From assembly GCF_964355755.1 (NCBI RefSeq), contig NC_092678.1:2558422-2622421 (forward strand): a DNA stretch of 64,000 nt, in the 5' to 3' direction. The notes below the pieces were generated by a model. The model made no database searches. It was not told the DNA's origin and saw nothing but the letters and a program-made list of their open reading frames with translations. Source of the stretch: Antedon mediterranea. Taxonomy: Eukaryota; Animalia; Echinodermata. Every line of letters begins with the position of its first letter. The stretch's first letter is position 1. Below, one piece after another: positions 59,101-64,000 of this stretch. Both the position numbers and the translations under genes were made by a program.

Positions 59101-60823
59101 TTAAAGCAATAAAATCATGTAGTTTTTTTGTTCTTTTAAAAACCTATTTTTGGGGTAAAACATCATTTTTTTGGTTACAAATAAATGTTAAACTCTGCAA
59201 ACCTCAAAAACACATACATCCCATTAAACCCCCCTAAAAAATTGATTAAGAGTCCTGTAGTGTATAAATTGAATTGTATGTAAATTCAACAAATTATAAT
59301 TTGTTGTTGTTTGAACAACCTATTTCATGATGGTGTCATATCACTACCATATTTGGGCATATATCACTAGTTTGACAAAAATGGTACACAGAGCTTTACA
59401 CAATTTAATTTTGATCACATATTCCTGGCAAGATCTCTTGAAACATTTCATTTATTTAAAAAAGATATATATAAATTTTCATTGCGCAAGTGTTGATATT
59501 TTTCAAAATTGATAAGGAAATGTGTTTTTGGAAAGTTTACAGAGTCTGTATCATGCGTACACGGATAACGATATTTTTGTTTTCGTTATGACCTTGAACT
59601 TTCACCTAAAAAAGTTGACCAGGTGTGGATTCATCATCTCCACCCACTTTATTTTACCATTTTTAGTCTCCACCCCGCCCACCACATATTTTTTTTTAAA
59701 ATTCCTGGATCTTCCACAAAATCACTGGTCATCATTATAGGTTGCGCTATAGGGGTTATACTAACAAATAAGGTGATTTGGAGGTACATTTATTATTTGT
59801 GATTTGCATAAAAAAATATATTCAATATTTAGGAAAATGTGTTTTTGAAAAATTTACAGAGACTGTTTCTCCTACTTTCAATTTGATAGGATATTGATAT
59901 GTAACACACGTTAATAGAATCTGGACCAATTTCATATAATGGACCATATTGATTAAAGTTTAATTTGTTTCACTCATTTATTATTATATTTTGTTTCTGT
60001 TTTTAACAGACTGTTAAACGAAGCACACAACTTTTTGTGCGAGGGAGTTTACCGTCCCTACGGTAGAGTTGCCCGGATAGATGAGGAAGTAGTATTTCGA
60101 CAACGAGAATGTCGACGGTTTCATCCTTATGGCCGAACTGCAAGAGGTTTTAATCGCTCCCCACTACGTGTGCCTATACCACCACCACCACAACCACGAC
60201 CACCACGCAGACGAAGACCACAGCATCATTCACCACCACGACCACAACATCATTCACCACCCAGACCACAAACACCACCAGACAGAATACAGTTCAGACG
60301 CACGAGACAACAACGACAACGTGAAGAACGTGAACGCCTCATTAGATTACGCAGACTACAACATTCCCCACCAAGACAACAGCATTCACCGCCACAACAT
60401 CATTCACTGCCTCAGCGACGAAAATGTCCACGACAATGCACCACTTCACCTTCATCATCACTTACTTGTTCATCGTCTGAATGTGCATTTCGCCCACCTC
60501 CTAATTTGCCTCCTTACAATGCAGAGATGGAAAGACAGAGGGCAGTAGCGAATTGGCATCAGATGTGCGTGGCAGGTGGGCATTTTGATATGCTAGGCAT
60601 CCCAAATCCAGGAGCCGATGATGGTGGGCCTGCGGCTGCGGCAGCGGCCGTGCCTCCTGCTCCGGCTGTTCCGGTAGTGGTGCCGGATGTGGCTGTAGTG
60701 GTGCCTGTGCCGGACGTGGCTCCGGTGCCGGATGTGGCGGCCGTGCCTGCTGTTGCAGCTGGCGTGTACAGAACTCGATCGGGAAGAATAAGTCGGCCAC
60801 CAGTTAGGTATTCACCATATTAG
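56105..60823 (+). CDS. Orphan Arg/Pro-rich basic protein, two coding exons, ~276 aa
   Basis: Exon 1 56105-56121 (ATG ACT CGA TTA CAA AC|GTGAGT, phase 2) joins in frame to acceptor TTTTAACAG|60010, giving MTRLQTLLNEAHNFLCEGVYRPYGR...TRSGRISRPPVRYSPY*. The same exon pair recurs on the minus strand at 63571-63555 / 63134-63083. Confidence 0.65.
56500..56870 (+). mobile_element. LINE reverse transcriptase fragment
   Basis: NGVRQGGVMSPLLYNIYVD...HLCYADDLVVLAPSASGLQKLV (RT QG and YADD motifs); truncated, upstream stop. Confidence 0.85.
57340..59325 (+). repeat. AT-rich satellite, ~170-bp monomers with a 448-bp higher-order repeat
   Basis: The TTGTTAAACTCTG(C/T)AAACC anchor recurs ~172-174 bp apart, then as near-identical blocks starting 57843, 58291 and 58739 (448-bp period). 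Confidence 0.9.
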
Positions 60824-61753
60824 TAAACTTTTTTTCTTTTTCTTTATTAATATTATTCATTTTTTTATGATGCACACCCCAAGTCCCCGTCTACCTGCAA
60901 GAAGGTAGATAATTATTAAAGAAAAAAACATTACTGAAATACAGTAATAACAGTCCCCACAGATGTTATCGGGCCATTTAGGCAATGTTAACTCAGATGT
61001 AACTTTTAATTTTTCTTATCATGAATAAATGGAATTAGCTCTTTTCAAACAAATTGCAAAATTAATAGTTGACCCTATTGAATCTTGTTTGGTTTAACCT
61101 AAAAATTGATTACAAAAATGTTTTACATTATATTATCAAGAAATTAGAAAATTAATAAAAACAATTATTTTATATGTACAATATAAATAGGAAGGATCCA
61201 TCTTTCAAACATAGTAATTACTAATCTACAAGGAGTAAAAATGTTTGGTTGTAAGGTTGATGCACAGTCAATCCAGTTCATTAATCAAAACACAACACTG
61301 CATGTCATAAATTTCTTCTTTCCATGACACGACAACATGACGACATGACTATGCTGCTGGACTATCCACTCTTTTTGGAATATTTTTATTTACTTGCGAC
61401 TCTCTACGGCCTAAATATCCAATAGCACTCTTTTCTCCTGAATAAGAAAAAATTTGTTTATTTTATGGCACCCATTCAAAATTTCTTCTTAAAATTGGAT
61501 GTACATAAAATATTACATATTACAAACTTCATGTCGCTTACAAGGTTGTGAGCTTGCCTTGTTTATCATATCCAGTACACTTCCACATGTCTTTTATGAT
61601 GTTTGCTAACAATTCTCTTATCAAAGTATGCCCTAGCATAATCACGACTGTGACATAGTCACGTATTCTTAACTTCTTTTATACGTTTTTAAGCGCAAAT
61701 TCATGAATTCACAGTGCAAGCCAATGATATATAAATTGTTCAGGAGCATCTTA

Positions 61754-62670
61754 CGCCCGTATTCTTAAACCGGACTTTAGTCGTAGTTCGAAGTTCGACT
61801 TGAAAAAGTCGTAGTTCGAGCTATTACTTCAAATTCGATTAAAAAACGAAGTAGTCGAAGTTTGCAGTTCGACTTAATGAAGTCGAGCTTTTAGTCGAGT
61901 TGCACACGTCTGGGTAACAAAGGCTATACATTGGCCAATGACAAGAGAGTATTTGAGGAGCAGACGAAATTTTGCGCATTGATATCACTTTCCATTTTCT
62001 TACAACACTTTTTACGCATCAGGACTATATACATAAAAAATAATTTTAATCGTTAATTATTAGAACAAGATCAGTATTAATTTAACAGTGAAGTACAACA
62101 AACAAAATCTTCAAAATATATTTAAGAACCATGGCGGTACGGTAACTTTCATATTTTCTAGGCCTCCAACAAAGTATGATCGCGACGAACCACGCACTTC
62201 ATAGCGTGACAAGAAAGCGCTAGGCCCCCTAAACATTCCATCGCGTGGTGAATTGCCGCATTTCCCATTGTCACTATGGCGTGACGTAGTTCAAGTCGGA
62301 CTTGCGCGAAGAAAATAATGTAATTTGTATACAGTTGTAAATAAAGATGATTTTCATTATTATAACTTATACCAATGTATATTTAATTAAGCTAATATAA
62401 ATATATATATTTCATTCTTCAATATCTGACCAATATAACAACTCAATGACTGTTACGTTTTTTATAAACATCGTTTAAAAACCATTTAATCGACCATTTA
62501 GCCTGCCCCCTCCAGGACTAAAAAAATTGATCAAAATCCGTCTCGATTTAGTCGAGGTTGGCCTGATTTAGTCGGTGATTTAGTTGAAGTTCGGTTTATG
62601 AATTAAAATGACGTCATTTTTTTAGTTTTAGCTCGAACTACGACTGAAGTCCAGTTTAAAAATGCGGGCG
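61754..62670. mobile_element. Non-autonomous PIF/Harbinger-like DNA transposon
   Basis: Imperfect ~37-bp TIRs CGCCCGTATTCTTAAACCGGACTTTAGTCGTAGTTCGA / TCGAACTACGACTGAAGTCCAGTTTAAAAATGCGGGCG flanked by TTA / TAA. Confidence 0.7.
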
Positions 62671-63082
62671 TAAGGCCTAAATGTATTCATATTATTATAG
62701 ACCATACAGCAATTAAACTTATCGTGTCGAGTAATTTAAGTCCAAAAAGGTTAGCTTATATTATTTTCATTGGGATCATCCTTTTTATAAAGGCATAATC
62801 TAAAATAAAATTACAAAGTATTGATTTCTTTTTATAAAAGGTCCAAACTGTCTACTTTGTGTTGGCCTAGCTTATCATTTAATTAGTCCACAACATGTGC
62901 AGTATGGCCCGATCTGCACCCAATCGTCCGTGGAACCAAACGAACCAATTATGTCCATAGGGATGAAACTGGTGAAACTCGCATTTCTTCATCTATCTTG
63001 GTCTCCGTAAGGAATGGTATTCAACGCCCTTTACAAAATTTTAGTTTAGTTTAGTAATCTTTGGTTACAAATTATTTTTTTT

Positions 63083-63571
63083 TTAGGGACGGTAAACTCC
63101 CTCGTATACAAAGTTGTGCCCCTCGTTTAACAATCTGTTAAAAACAGAAACAAAATATAATAAGTGAAACAAATTAAACTTTAATCAATATGGTCCATTA
63201 TATGTAATTGGTCCAGATTCTATTAACGCGTGTCACATATCAATATCCTATCAATTCTAGGCTTAATATTTTCAAAAAGTTTTTGTTTACTTTCTGTTGT
63301 GTCCTTGTTGTGATTTCGCCTAGAACTAACAGCCGTAAGATGAGCCGTGTATTTTTGCCTCACTCTTATAGCATTTGCACAAAGTCACATGTGTAAAAAT
63401 ATTGATAATTCAGTAGTTTTCTGCTGTTCCAAATTTTCAATCTTAGTATGTTACTTCTTCATATCCAGCTTTAGATGTGTGAACAAAATTTAAAACTGCG
63501 GGCTTATTAAATTAATAAAAGTGTTAGATAAGATTTAAACATTATCCTCAGCACGTTTGTAAGCGACTCAT
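63083..63571 (-). pseudogene. Inverted truncated paralogue of the orphan gene
   Basis: Exon-1-like ATG AGT CGC TTA CAA AC|GT (63571-63555); intron end homologous to 59883-60009; exon 2 LLNEGHNFVYEGVYRP* (63134-63083). Confidence 0.7.
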
Positions 63572-64000
63572 GTTTGCTGTTTTTTGTTTGTTTAATTGAT
63601 TGTGTTTTTTCTTCGTCTTCTTCTTCTTCTTCTCTGTGCGGATGTGTTCATCTATCCGGACAACTCTACCATAAGGAACAGTATTCAACCCCCTTAACGA
63701 AATTGAAGGCCTCCTTTTGTAATCTTTGGTTACAAAGTATTACTTTTTTTTATAAAAGCCCTGAATTGTCTTATATTGAACAAGATGTCTAGTCCACATC
63801 TATCCAGGTATCCATCCTTTGCATCCAGCACACTGAACACTTTAGCTTGACACAAATCTTAACGCCTCGTCTAGTGTCGGATAATGTCTGCATTTAATCA
63901 CAGCATTGATATCCCTAGGATCTAGGCTTAATATTTCCAAAAAGTTTTTGTTAACTTTCTGTTGTGTCCTTGATGTGATTTCGCCTTGAACAAACGGCCG

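Noticed and set aside
60129-60548. His-rich alternative ORF and antisense ORF 60501-60800
   Set aside because: Frame-shifted readings of CCA/CAC-rich sequence. The splice phase and paralogous fragments support the Arg/Pro frame instead.
61250-61730. Exon-like minus-strand segments with splice signals
   Set aside because: Multiple stops and no recognisable protein family; cannot be supported without a search.

Overview
AT-rich, intron-rich eukaryotic (animal) genomic DNA; an invertebrate deuterostome such as an echinoderm is plausible, but that is inference only. Gene order: CEP83 (minus strand, 3' end outside the window); a multi-exon adhesion GPCR (plus strand, Cys-rich modules + 2 TSP1 + GAIN/GPS + 7TM); INTS13/asunder (minus, intact); a DDX20/Gemin3 unprocessed pseudogene head-to-head with INTS13; and a two-exon Arg/Pro-rich orphan gene with inverted, decayed paralogous fragments at the window end. 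The most striking structure is an ~18-kb intron inside the GPCR TM4 coding region (18501-36497). It holds an antisense tandem array of RING-less TRIM-NHL genes (B-box, coiled coil, filamin, NHL): 3 intact, 1 frameshifted chimera, 1 truncated, 1 tiny remnant. Two of them are followed by a 5S-rRNA-derived element. There are also many MITEs, SINEs, LINE fragments, minisatellites and a higher-order satellite. Exon boundaries were read by eye from GT/AG sites and frame continuity; no database searches were run.
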